A stretch of 64,000 bases of DNA from Vezdaea acicularis (taxonomy: Eukaryota). The translations under genes and the position numbers were made by a program. Where the stretch lies: NCBI GenBank assembly GCA_026025075.1, contig JAPEUI010000029.1, positions 1 to 64,000 on the forward strand, in the 5' to 3' direction. The notes under the pieces were generated by a model. The model did not search any database. It was not told where the DNA came from and saw nothing but the letters and a program-made list of their open reading frames with translations. The number at the start of each line of letters is the position of its first letter. The stretch's first letter is position 1. This document shows positions 50,009 to 61,434 of this stretch, in pieces.

Positions 50009-52533
50009 TCACGCCCCCGTGGTGTTGTGGTGGTGACTCATTCTCCGCTGCACGGTGGCAATGTCCTCGGCCGTGGTGAAGCCCAGCACGCCGCCATAGT
50101 ACAGCGCCTGGCTGTTGCCCGGCATCGTCGAGGAGACCGCGGTACTGCTGCCGTCGAGGTAGTTGGTAAAGTCGTAGGAGCTCCGCTGCGAGGGGGCCGA
50201 CACGGGGTAGCCCTGCTGAGGGCTCGGGTAGGGGGGCGGATGCGCTGGTGCCTGCGACGGGGCCGGTGGCCAGTGATTGGGCGCGCTTGTGTAGCCGGAT
50301 GATCCGAGCGAGTGGACGGACGCGCGGTGGTCAGGTGGTCCGCCCGCCATCTGCTGCGGCGGCGCACCTGCCTGATTGGGGCCGGGCGAGTACGCGGCGG
50401 AGGTCAGGCTTGGCGTGCGGGTCACCGTCGACGTCGATGCCGATATCGACCGAGGGGACGCCGTCGGCCGGAGCGTCGTCTCGGAAGGATGGCTCCCCGC
50501 CGCCGAACTGACGCTCCCGTAGCCCGAGTTGCTGGTGGGCGTGAGAAGCGCGCCGGCCGTGGAGGAGTAGCTCGCGGACTGGTGGGATGAGGTTAGCAAG
50601 AGGGGGGCTTTGTCACAAACTCTCCCCACACAGCGAGAAGAACGTACGTATTTTCCGATGATCTTCTTAAGCGCGTGCGCAAGGATCTTCCAGGGGAACA
50701 CTTTCACGTCCTTCTCGATGTTGCGCGGCTTCGGGTTGGGGAAGCCCATGATGACTTTGAAAAACTCCTCGCTGTCGGCTTTCGCCTTGGAAACGGTCAG
50801 GGGCCGGAACCCCTCTAGATTCCTCCTGATCCTGTTCTTCTCTTCCACCGTAAAGCGCACGGCGACGAGGGACTCCAATAGATAGATCGTATCCACGCTG
50901 GTCACATAGGCCTCCTGTTTCTCTTCCCACCAGATGCAACTGATGCAGATGCTGTTCGACGGCCGGTTGTCGATGCTGACCGGCTCGAATCGCGTCGTGA
51001 TGGTGCTTCCGCTCTGTGACCGCTCAAACTTGACCAGTCGTCGCTTCGCGTCCCATTCCTCTGTGGTCCAGTGTTCTCCCATCGCATCGAGGTTTCCCTC
51101 AATCTTCAAAACGGCTTTGTGCGGGTACATGGCGTAGGGATTGAACGGCTGGCCCGGCTGAACGAGGCCAGCAGGGGCAGCCGCGGGACTCGGAGATGGG
51201 CTCAGAATGGAGGTCCGTACCAGAATGGGATTGGCTGGATCGACCGGCGTAGCGCGCATCTTGGGCATAGCGATGCCAAGCCCAGAACCTTGATGAACCT
51301 GAGCATCTACATAACGAGGACTCCAACCGGCTGGAGTCAGAGGAGAACGCGCCTTGATGTTGGCCTGGCCAGAGTTGGTGTGAGGCATGTGATAGGACCC
51401 CTGCCTTTGCCGCGGAGAGGGGCCTTCTCCAGAGGCAGCAAGTGAAGGCGATCGATGCGTACCAGGCACCTCTTGGCCGACGTGGTGGTAGCCTGGAAAG
51501 GGCGACGCGGATTGGTAGAATGGATACTGCGAGGTATTCTGCAGACCCTTTGGACGTAGAGTATTGTGACTCGCAGCCCGTTTGGGCTCCCGGCTGGGTT
51601 GCATCGAATCCGCCGAGTTCTTCCGCTTCTTATTCATCGTTTGAGGGGATGCAAATTGTGAAGGCGCGTCGTCCGTGTTGTAGAAATCTCCAACGTCAAC
51701 AGATCCCAGCATATGTCCCGTATTGTCCAGCATCTGTAACGTGACATGGACGGCGGGGTCTAGCCAGTTGGTCTTCAGATCCGGTACGTCAGCGTACAAG
51801 TTGTACTCGTAGAATTGGCCGGATGAATCCATTCTCGTCATCGTGACCAGGCAAGGCTTGGAGCCAAAGGATAGCTGAAGTGTGGTCGTATGTGCGTCTG
51901 CGAGGTCGTAGGGAGACCGGATAAAAACCGAGAATTTGGTCCCTCGTGGGCCTCGCACGGGCGCGTAGGAGATGACTTCTGGAAGCTGCCGGTGCTGGAA
52001 CTCCACGAATGACGACGAAGAGGCGTCGAAGCTGGTGCGAGGCTGGAAAGGTGGTGCCGCAATGAAAGGCATCTGCTCCGAGGTGACCGGGTGGGGCGTC
52101 TCGAGGGTTGATATCTGATAGTGTGGTGCTGCGTGGGGCTCGGCACACGCATAACTGGTCTCCGGATACGCCTTGCTGGTGTCGAAGTCTACGTCGCAGA
52201 ACCGTTAGCGCAGGTAAAACAATGAGAGAGATGGTTTCGTCTCGTGCGTGAGCCTGATGAGGCCACCACTTTCTAGGCTACCACGACGCGGCTACGTCGT
52301 CGAGTCATCGAGACCGCTCCCCACCGCATGCACTCACCGTGAAAACTGTCTGGTTGGACCTTCCCGTAGCCTGACATGGAAAACAGCGTGGCCGGGAGAT
52401 CTGTCCCGGCCAGGAGGCCGTCGTCAGATTCTACTCCGTAGCGAAGGGCCGCCGTTTCCGCCAAGTCGTACGGCTCGTCCAAGATGAGAGGGATCTCGAA
52501 AGAAGGGTTTGACTGCACCATTGGGAAAAGCAT
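50009..52533 (-). CDS. medA: Developmental transcriptional regulator Medusa (MedA/Acon-3/Ren1 family, 3 coding exons)
   Basis: Conserved core ANPILVRTS..FNPYAMYPHKAVLKIEGNLDAM..WT.EEW..KRRLVKF..ISCIWW..VTSVDTIYLLE.LV..RFTVEEKNRIRRNLEGFRPLTVSK..FFKVIMGFPNPKPRNIEKDVKVFPWK..LKKIIGKYSAS; introns 52337-52189 and 50647-50579; candidate starts 52533, 52521, 52377. Confidence 0.95.
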
Positions 52534-52547
52534 CGGTCAGTAAGCAT
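52431..52547 (-). promoter_or_regulatory. Overlapping out-of-frame uORF (38 aa) at the medA start
   Basis: ATG 52547 (MLTDRCFSQWCSQTLLSRSLSSWTSRTTWRKRRPFATE) to TAG 52433-52431; spans the in-frame ATGs at 52533 and 52521. Confidence 0.6.
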
Positions 52548-52550
52548 GAC

Positions 52551-53678
52551 CTAGAGATAGAAAGTTCAGATAAGGGCGAGCGGGGTGCGACGGGGGGAGG
52601 GGGGGGGGGAGAGAAAGTCTAATAAGAAATCGGGTGATTGGGGAAATTAAGATTGGAACCAACTTTAAGCTCCCTTGATATTGGGGGTGCCAGATTGACG
52701 GTTGGTGAAGATCCTCGCAGGAATCCAGTGCGAGTGACTTGTGCTGGGTCGATCGACTGACGCAATCGCCGGACGGTGGTCCGTTCGCCGCAAAGTGAAA
52801 CTGTCCGTGCGGAGGCAGCAGATCAACTGGCGATATTGCTTCACACGCTGCCGACCAGCAAAGCCCACATCCAGGAACGCGATCCTTCCAGCGAAGGCCG
52901 TATGGAATCTCTCGGGCTGTGCCTATAGTTGACTCTTGAGCGAGCGGTGCAGGAGGTGCGTTGGCCCGTAAGGCGGCGCGCGGGGGGGGGGGGGCACCGA
53001 GGGCTTTTGCGCTCCCAAAATACACCGGGCCGATCCTGGAAGGTCGAAAGAGCAGCTATTGACTCGCGATGAGACGCAGCTGCCAATCCGACGAACCACG
53101 GTCTTATGAAGCTATTCGTACCGTGCTTCGACGAAGAAGCCGGCTGCCGTCCAACGAAATCAGGGCTGAATGAATGGTGCTGGGGGTCTCGGGAAGCGGC
53201 TGTAGCTGCGAAGTGATAACAATTGAGTCGACGACCTGAATCAAGATCTCAGATTGAGTCCCCCACAGAAGAATGACAACGGCACGGAATCGCATCGCAT
53301 AGCTGCGTCGATCCTGGAAAGTTGCTTACCAGAGGAACAAAGACGACGGGACCAGAATCCTGAGCGATGCTGGGAAATTTTAGAGTCGCCCAAGCGAAGT
53401 TACAAGCTGGTTCACGCGATTCCCGCGGATCGTGCGACAGGTTCAGAGACACCTGGGAAATGTTAGGAACGCGTTTCATCTGGCGGATGGCTCTCTGCAC
53501 CCCGTCCCCCGCTTGTTGACCGGTGTGATGAGGGAGAGAATCAAGGGCCCCAAGCGCACAAGTTCTCGATGCGCACGGCAAGCGGCGTCGAGCGAACGAG
53601 CGAGACCGATCGCGAGCATCTGATATTGAAGAACGAGGACGGATGCAGATCCAAGGAAAAGAGGGTAGCTTTGCTCAC
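52551..53678 (-). other. Predicted 5'-UTR introns of medA (53678-53453 and 53329-52551)
   Basis: CAG|GTGAGC donor at 53678 with CCTAAC..TTTCCCAG acceptor at 53453; CTG|GTAAGC donor at 53329; pyrimidine tract plus TCTCTAG acceptor at 52551. Confidence 0.55.
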
Positions 53679-56600
53679 CTGCAGAACGCTTCTCGAGCAC
53701 CGATCGCCAGCGGCCAAGGTCTATAACAGAAGATCGTATGAAATCGAAAGTGAAGTGGTAGCGAGCAGCAGCTATCGTTGTTTGGGGGGGGGGAAGAAAG
53801 AAAACGAGGGAGGGGGGAGGGGGGGTGAGGGGGGGGAGGTCGCCGTGAGAAGAGAAGGATGTCGGGCGAGGATGCTATAGATATTAAGTTATTACAATGA
53901 TCGTATCGACGTAATGCTGGCAAGCTATGTTGAAAAGAGTATTGGTGGTCGAGTGTGGCACTGGTGGCGACCGGCCCAGATAAAGTAGATGGGACGCCAG
54001 CTGAATGCGTTTATGCAAGGTGCATGCAATGCAAGGGCGGCACTTCATAGGGCCTAGATTCGAGTTGCCCTGTGTGAAGATTTGAGCTTGACGATGCGTC
54101 TGCGCTTGCCTGGTGGTCGCTCGGCCACGCTGCTTTTTCTTCTCGAAGGACCGCAGGTTGGGCCCGTCTCGCTCAACGTTGTCGGGTCGTCGTGAGGTAC
54201 CACCAAATGACGCAATATAGCTCCCGGACAAGACCAGGACGTTATGTCCGAGGGAGTCGGTGCACGGACAGCTTGTCGAGAGACGTTCGAAGGTATATCT
54301 GGGGCGGATCGTTCAGGAAAACGTGTCGGTTCTTCGGCCGTGACAAGAGGTGTGAGGTTGCTGTGGGGGGGGGGGGAAAGAGACGAGTGGAGCGCTACAA
54401 ACGAGAGACGGGGCGAGCGATGCAGTCGTCAGAGAGAGCGAGAGATCCACGACGCAGTCGGAGAGAAAAGGTTCAAGAAGGACGAGGGAGCGTTCTCGCG
54501 GACGGCGGCTCACATGAGAAGGGCCCGGTGGACAGATGATGACTACTCCGCTGTCGATGACTGATCCTAGGATGCGAAGTTGCTACGAGGCTCCAGTATC
54601 GGGCGAGCAGCGCGAGCGCGTGAGGGGTGCCGTGTAATAGCTGACGTCTAAAATAACGTCGGACCGGGTGAGCTCAAGGGTGGCAGTGTGCGTGAGCATG
54701 ACCGATGGACAAGAGCCGGGGGGGGGGGCCAGAGATGGTTATATTCGATGCGCCTTTCCCCGAGGATGTTTACGAGGCCAGTTCCGTTTCGACGACGGTA
54801 CTCTTACTTTAGCCTCTATCAGTGTCTCTCACTCGCTCTCGCTCTCTCTCTTTCTCTCTCTCTTTCGCCGTCCCACTCTCTCTTTCGCTCTTGATCTCGC
54901 GCGCGCTCTGGTGGGTCCGTGTCTGGCCGCCTGTCCGATTTCTCTCGAGGTCTCGTCTATCTCCTCTGGGATCGGCCGGCAATTCTACCTGCGCATCTCT
55001 CGGCTTGCTATGCTGGCTCTTGCTGGCTTGCTGCTGGTGACGGCGAGCTACGGGGTCGGGGGGGCTCATCCAGTCAAAAGCGCAAGATGAGACTTGACCC
55101 TCCTACTGGCTGTGAAGGGTCTTTGACGGACTGCGCCTCTCGTTCTTGGGGCCGCCGAGTGTCGTCCGCGGGCGGGATCATCATTCGGCGGGCGGGGAAG
55201 AGCAATAATGTCGTCGTCGACCACAGGGTCGGCGGGCTTGGGGGGGAGCAGAGGGGGGGAGGGGGGGTTTGGTCCGAATGGGGCTACCAGGGTCCGTGCT
55301 GGGGTGCGAACGCGGTGGATCAAGCGGTCGCCTTTGTCGCCCTCCGCCGTCCCCTCGGTCAAGGTTTGGGGCTTCTCGCTGATGTGACCCCAGACGGCCT
55401 AGCTCGTCCGCCGCTCTCGTGTGCTCCTCTTCGGGCAGGGGCCCCCGTCGACCCCATAATAAACATCGCCGAGGAGGAAGGGCCAGATGACAGGCGCTTG
55501 GCAACACTCGGATCTGGTCGCAGCGCGATGCCGAGCGGGCGCGCGACCAGAGCCCCCCTCCGCCCGGGCCGCGTACAGCTGACGGGTCGCCGCCAAGACC
55601 GACGTCCGCCGTCTTTGCTCCGTCCGTCTCCAGCGTTGCCGTGGACTCACATCCCCCCTTTCTTTCGCTCTGGGCGGCGACATGCTCCTTTGACGTTGCT
55701 CTCGGCTTGAAACGAGGCGTGGTCACATTGCTTTTTCCGCTGCAGTCGACGCGGTGGTGCAGGGAGAACTGCAGGTCGATCTCCCTTCTGGGACGCGGCG
55801 CTCGGTGGCCGTCGTGGTCTGCATGACCCGGCAGACCGAGGGCGAGCTTGGCCACAGGCAGGATGTGAGGAGGCCCACACGGGTAGGGGTCCTGGCCAGT
55901 GGTGGCGCGCCCAGCCGAAAATAGATCGCCGGCGCAGCACCGTGAGGAGACCAGAGCAAAGGTCGGCCACTGAACCGAGGAAGGCCCACTCGGAGGGCAA
56001 CGGGCCCATTGGCAAACTCGGCCCTACCTCTTTTCCGTCCCGACTCTGCTCTCCAGTCGACGACATCGTTCGCCGCGCGCTCTTCGTGACTGGACTCCCA
56101 TCCTTCCACCGTTCTCCGCCCCTTCCATACAACTCCCCCGATCCCTCCCCGCCCCGCCCCGCCCCGCCGCCGCCCCCAGATGCTACATCGGAGCGCTTCC
56201 GTGGTACGAGGCACCTGAGCGGATGCGATTTTTTTGCGATCCAAAAGGCGTCGTCATTCCGCCGCCTGCGATGGGTCATCCTCCAGATCCACTTGGCCCC
56301 CCCCCAATCGTCATGCCGTCATCGAATCAGCGGGCGCCGCACCACCCCTTGAGGGCTGTGGCGTAACGTGACACATATGGACTGGCCGTTGGTGGTGGCC
56401 CTTCGCAGTGGCTCTTTCCCTAGTGGCACCGCGATCATGAATGGATGCCGCGGCGCAGCAGGTACGGCAGGTACAGCACGTTCGAAGTTCCAAATACAAT
56501 ACAGTACGAGGTACATTCGCCCTTGCCCGCCCCCGTAGTGAGCGCTACGGCACGGCCCAGCGCGGTCCAACGCAGTAGGGCGCGGTGCGGGACACGCGGA

Positions 56601-58163
56601 CGTGCATGCGCCGTTGCAAGCCCCCGTTGAGCGTTGAGCCATCTGGCCGTTCTCGTCCGCCCGCCGTTGGTCGTGGTGTGGTGTGTGTTTGCGTGTCCGC
56701 CTCTTCATTCCTTCGTCTGTGATCCTGCCACGCCGCCGCGCCACACCTTGATGCGCTCCCTTGCTCCCTCTCTCGTCGCCTTCACTTTCGCGCACGCTCG
56801 CTCGCCCGCTACGTTTAGTCAAATCGATGGTGTCATCCCGAGACGGTGCATGCTGGCCCTCTGAACGAAGAGCCGGCGGGAGGCCCAAGTCAGATACGAG
56901 GGAGAGTGGGAGAGCGGTGAGAAGGGTGAGAACGGTGACGGCGAAGGGGAAGCAGGGGCGAACGCCGGCGGACCACCTGGCTGCGCTATGTGGGCACAGC
57001 GATGCGCTCGTGGCATCTCTCGCCAGCCGGAGGGCTGATAGCGGATGCAGCAGCAACACGAGTGTCATTTGGACGCTCTTCATGCTCGTGCTCCTGGACG
57101 CATCGAGCATGCCAGACATTTGACGTTTGAGGACGAAGCTACGGACGGGTTTGGCCGTGACGGTGCTATCGACGGGGACGGGGGGAACGCACAGCCGATG
57201 CAGGGTTGGGCTAAGCGGCCGCTCCTGCTGTCTTGGAGATCTCAACGTCCATCTGGGTAGGGAAGGGACGTTAGCGTGACTGCCTCCAGTGCATGGCGGT
57301 TAGCTCGGAAGGAGCCGACGGGAGAGAGGCCGCCCCTAACTTGCTGCGACTCGCAAGAGCGCAAGTGCCCAACACGATGATGATGCTTCGACCCCCTGCC
57401 CTTGCCCTAGCGGCCGTCCGCAACTAGTGAGAGCCCTTACCCTAATCGCGATCATCCGATATGCTGCCCGCGACATCTCCTTCCATCCACTCTCTCTCTC
57501 TCTCTCTCTCTCATTCTCTGCTCTCACGTTCCCTCGCGATAACTCACCATCCACACTTGCGCGCACGCACGCACGCACTCACCACATCACCCCCACTCCT
57601 CCCCCCCAAAGCTCAGTCTTCATCGCCATCCTCGCCCCATCCCATCATCTGCCCCCTTCTTCACCCCCCCCTCCAACATCCTTCCTTCCCTCTCGCCTGC
57701 CGCGTAGTCAGAAGACCGTGTCCGCGTGGCGCGAGCATCGCCGTCGCCGGACACCCTCTTCTTCGACCTCGCGCTCGCTGCCCCGCTCGCACGATACGAG
57801 CGTGCACCGGCCATGGCACCTTCCTGACGCCGCTCACATTCCTGATACGCGCAAGCCGGCCAGAAGGGCGCTGCATCGGGAGTCAGCGCGGCTGTGGCAT
57901 GGACCGCGCACGGGGACGCGGGGCCTGGCGAAGGGATTCCCCCTCCGCGCGCGAGCGATCTTTCGGCCCTTTGGTCGGGAGGAATATTGGCCGGAAGACC
58001 AGAAAGAGGAAGTCGAAGGGAGGAGCCTTGGCGGTCGGGAGACCGGTTCGTGCGCAGTGCAGCCCCGCAAGAACGGTTCCGCCGAGATATGCCCTTGGCC
58101 TGTGCAATAGCCGAGCGAAACGGTCGACGCGTCCGCAGGCCCCCCCTGGCGAGGAAGGGGATG

Positions 58164-58238
58164 GGAGAGGAGAAGAGAAGAGAAGAGAGGAGAGGAGAGG
58201 AGAAGAGAGGAGAGGAGAAGAGAGGAGAGGAGAAGAGG
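58164..58238. repeat. Purine-only (AGARG)n pentamer microsatellite
   Basis: About 75 nt of uninterrupted A/G made of AGAGG and AGAAG units. Confidence 0.9.
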
Positions 58239-61200
58239 AAACAGAGGCAGGCGGACGTGATGCCTCGTCGACTCGTGGAATCGGCAGTGATGCAAGGGCG
58301 ACTTCATCGCTTCCATCACGCGGCCGCCAACAGATGCAGGCGTCAAACAGACTGGCGGTGCAGCATCTCCGTACACTTGGACAATCGTACACGCGCGCCT
58401 TCCACGCACGCAACTGCTCTCCAAGGCTTCCATGGATACTGACGACGTGACGGAGCTGTCCCTCGACCGTCGCGCAGGACCATCGGGCAGGAACTTCCCA
58501 TCGGGGCGGCAGGTCACGAGGACACGTCTTCTCTTTGCTGCCCACCCGGACGGGGTGGTGGAAGAAAGTTGGCGAGCGGGTCGATCCGATCAGATCTGGT
58601 CCATCTCGTTCGCTCTCCACCACGACAACACCACGTCTGAACCCCCGTGCGCATGCAAGCTCTTGTTTCAACGCCCGTTGAGCAGGCTGCTGTACAGTGG
58701 AAGCGCCGTCACGGTGATTGCATGCATGCTGCTTCCCCAATGGGTACGCCCGCGATGCCCGTCAGCAATATCGTGGGCCATGTACCCTCGTCCATTCGCG
58801 TCTGACCCAGTGTGCCCCTGGCACGCGAGAATCTCCCCTCCCTTCGCCTATGGAGGACTGGCCAAGAGGGAGATTCGCGCTTTTCGTCAACCTCACTCTC
58901 GCATCCCTCTCAACCTTTCGGGTTGGCCACGCCGAACCCATATCACGAGACCGGTGGGATGGATGATTCCGTTGAGATTGCATCGTCCTCCTGTCGTCGA
59001 GGAGGTCGTGAGGCGTCGCGCACCCGCTGCAGACTATCGCCCTTAGCGTCCGAGCCCACTCTCCACTCTCATTGCGCAAGTGACATCGGCCGAGAGGAGA
59101 CGGCGCGGCGCCTTCGTCATTTCGCATCTCGCCGGCGGCACGACGACCGCCGTCGATCAATCATTACGGGCACGGCCCGTACGATCTATTGAATTGGGCT
59201 TGCCGGACGACGTGAATAGACGTTCGGAGCTACGGTGAGCATCGCTCGACGGTGCCATTAGGGCCCTTGCCCGCCGCTTTCCATGCTTTTTTGACGGGCG
59301 CGGGCAGGGGTGAGGCGGCAGTCCAATGGCCCTGCGCTGCCGGGGGTCCAAGATGAAATCGATAGCTTAAGGCGACCACGCTCAACCATTTGAGCGGACA
59401 GGGCGCGGCCAATGACAGCCCCAACGGACGCCCTCGAAGCCTAACTCGGCGATCACTGGCGATCTCTCGTCGGCAGCCTAAACCCTTCACGTCGACCACT
59501 CCCGACTGAACTCCACCGCTTCGGGCGCGACCAGGATCAGTATGCCCTTTTCGAACACCCTTCCTCACGACTTTGGCTCGAAACGTCCTGACGCCCAAAC
59601 GTCGACGAAGGACACTACCGATTGCACGCCCGCGACGACTGCCACCATCCGCTCAGCCGGCCAAGGGTACGGACGATTAGGCAGAGCTAGGTTTGATGAG
59701 ATCGGTGGGCGAAGAGGCCTAGCGACTACTCGCCCTTTCACATATGAATCGCCGCTTCTCACCTCCAATGGCTGGAAGATACATGGTGCAGAGTATGCGA
59801 TTGGTTGCTGCGCCCGTGAATGAGGCGGGAAAGACCAGCCAGAGGAGTGATGGACACGGTCTGCCAGTCGATCATTTCATGACAAGGGCCGAACAAACAC
59901 GCCGACCGTTAGCCCCCGCTACAGAGGCCGTCGCCGTCCCCCCCAATTCTGACAGCAGGCCGCGGTGCGAAAGGTCGCTCCGACTGAGCATGGCCGATTG
60001 CAGACTTCCCGCCCGCCATCTAGTTCTGGGGCTGAGGGGGAACGCAGGATTCCGCCGCACCCAGCGCGGAAACCCCGTCCGCCCGCCCCGCTGTGCCCTT
60101 CCCGTACTCGGGCCCGCGCCACAGGTACCGGCGACGTATGCTTGGCATCCGCGGCGAAGCTGTCGTGTGCGTCGAGGCGGAGCGCCGCGTTCATTGGAGG
60201 ATGAAGTGTGGCTTCCTGCAAATGCGCGTCACGGAAGTTCTGGGCCCTTTAGGTGCGCATTGGTAGCCAATCAAATCACCGTCGAAATTCGTGGGCGCTG
60301 GGCTAGAGGCTTCCACCACACTTCTTTTCTCAAAGTCGAACGTCGACATGTTTGCTCGGTCTCCAAGGGACCACTCTTGCAAGCTGGTAGAGTCATTTGA
60401 TACCATCCAGAGCGGTACCGACGCATGGCTGTCAGCCTCTGCAGGCAATTTGAGTTCGCTCCGGTCAGTCGGAACGACGGCAGCAGAGGCGAGATGCGCA
60501 ATGCCGCCGCTGTGGAGAAGCAGGCGTCCGCCATTGGACGGTTTCAAGTCGCCTTGTCCCTTCCGCAGGCGAACGTCCTGACAGGAGACGTTGCCGTGCA
60601 AGCGCAATCTTCGCGTGATTTGGCATGTCTCGAGGAACGAAGGGAGAGGAGACAGCCTATGAGATGGGTGATGGCTGGGATGTAGAATGTCAGTGGTCCG
60701 GGGGTTGGCTCAGTTCGTCAACATTAGGCGAAAAGATTATCCGCCGCCTCGGAGAGAATTTCCTTTTCCGGGGAAGGTCCGACTTCGCCTCCGTCCGCTC
60801 TCGCCCTTCACCAACAAACCCCCCCAAAGCTGAACACTCAGTTTGCCCACGTTGCATTATCAAGGTATCATCGATGCTTACGCAAGAGCAACGCCCTCGT
60901 TGCTTCTAGAACTACGCCATGTGCCAGTGAGTCGACCGCCCCAACCGGAGACGTATCTGATCCCACACAAATCATCGTAGCGGAAGCAAACAAGTTCCTC
61001 CCCCCCCCGAGTATCTGATACCCAACCTCCAGGGCTAACCGTCCTTCGCCATGCGGAGTGGGCCGACATCAACCCTTTGCCACGAAGACCCGCTCACCAG
61101 GTCATGGGCTCTCCGTACCGCCAATTACACCCTGCATATCAAGCCCTTCATGCAGCGTCACCATCCTTCTCAGCTGAGCAGGGGGAGGACGAACACGATG

Positions 61201-61403
61201 AGATAATTTTCGGCGCTTCCAAACACTGCATCTCATACGGCACAGAAAAAACGATACTGCATCTCGGATTCCAGTATGCGGCCGTGCAGCAACGAGGACA
61301 TCATCTCCTCATCGTCGCTCTGCAGGGGTGAGGCGTATTGCACTCGAGAACACGCATCCTCATAGTCTTGGCCCGGCTTATCAGACCCTTCATCTAAGAA
61401 TGG

Positions 61404-61405
<2 letters not shown>

Positions 61406-61434
<29 letters not shown>
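61406..61434. repeat. Poly-G tract (29 G)
   Basis: Direct count; another G18 run at 48238-48255. Confidence 0.9.
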
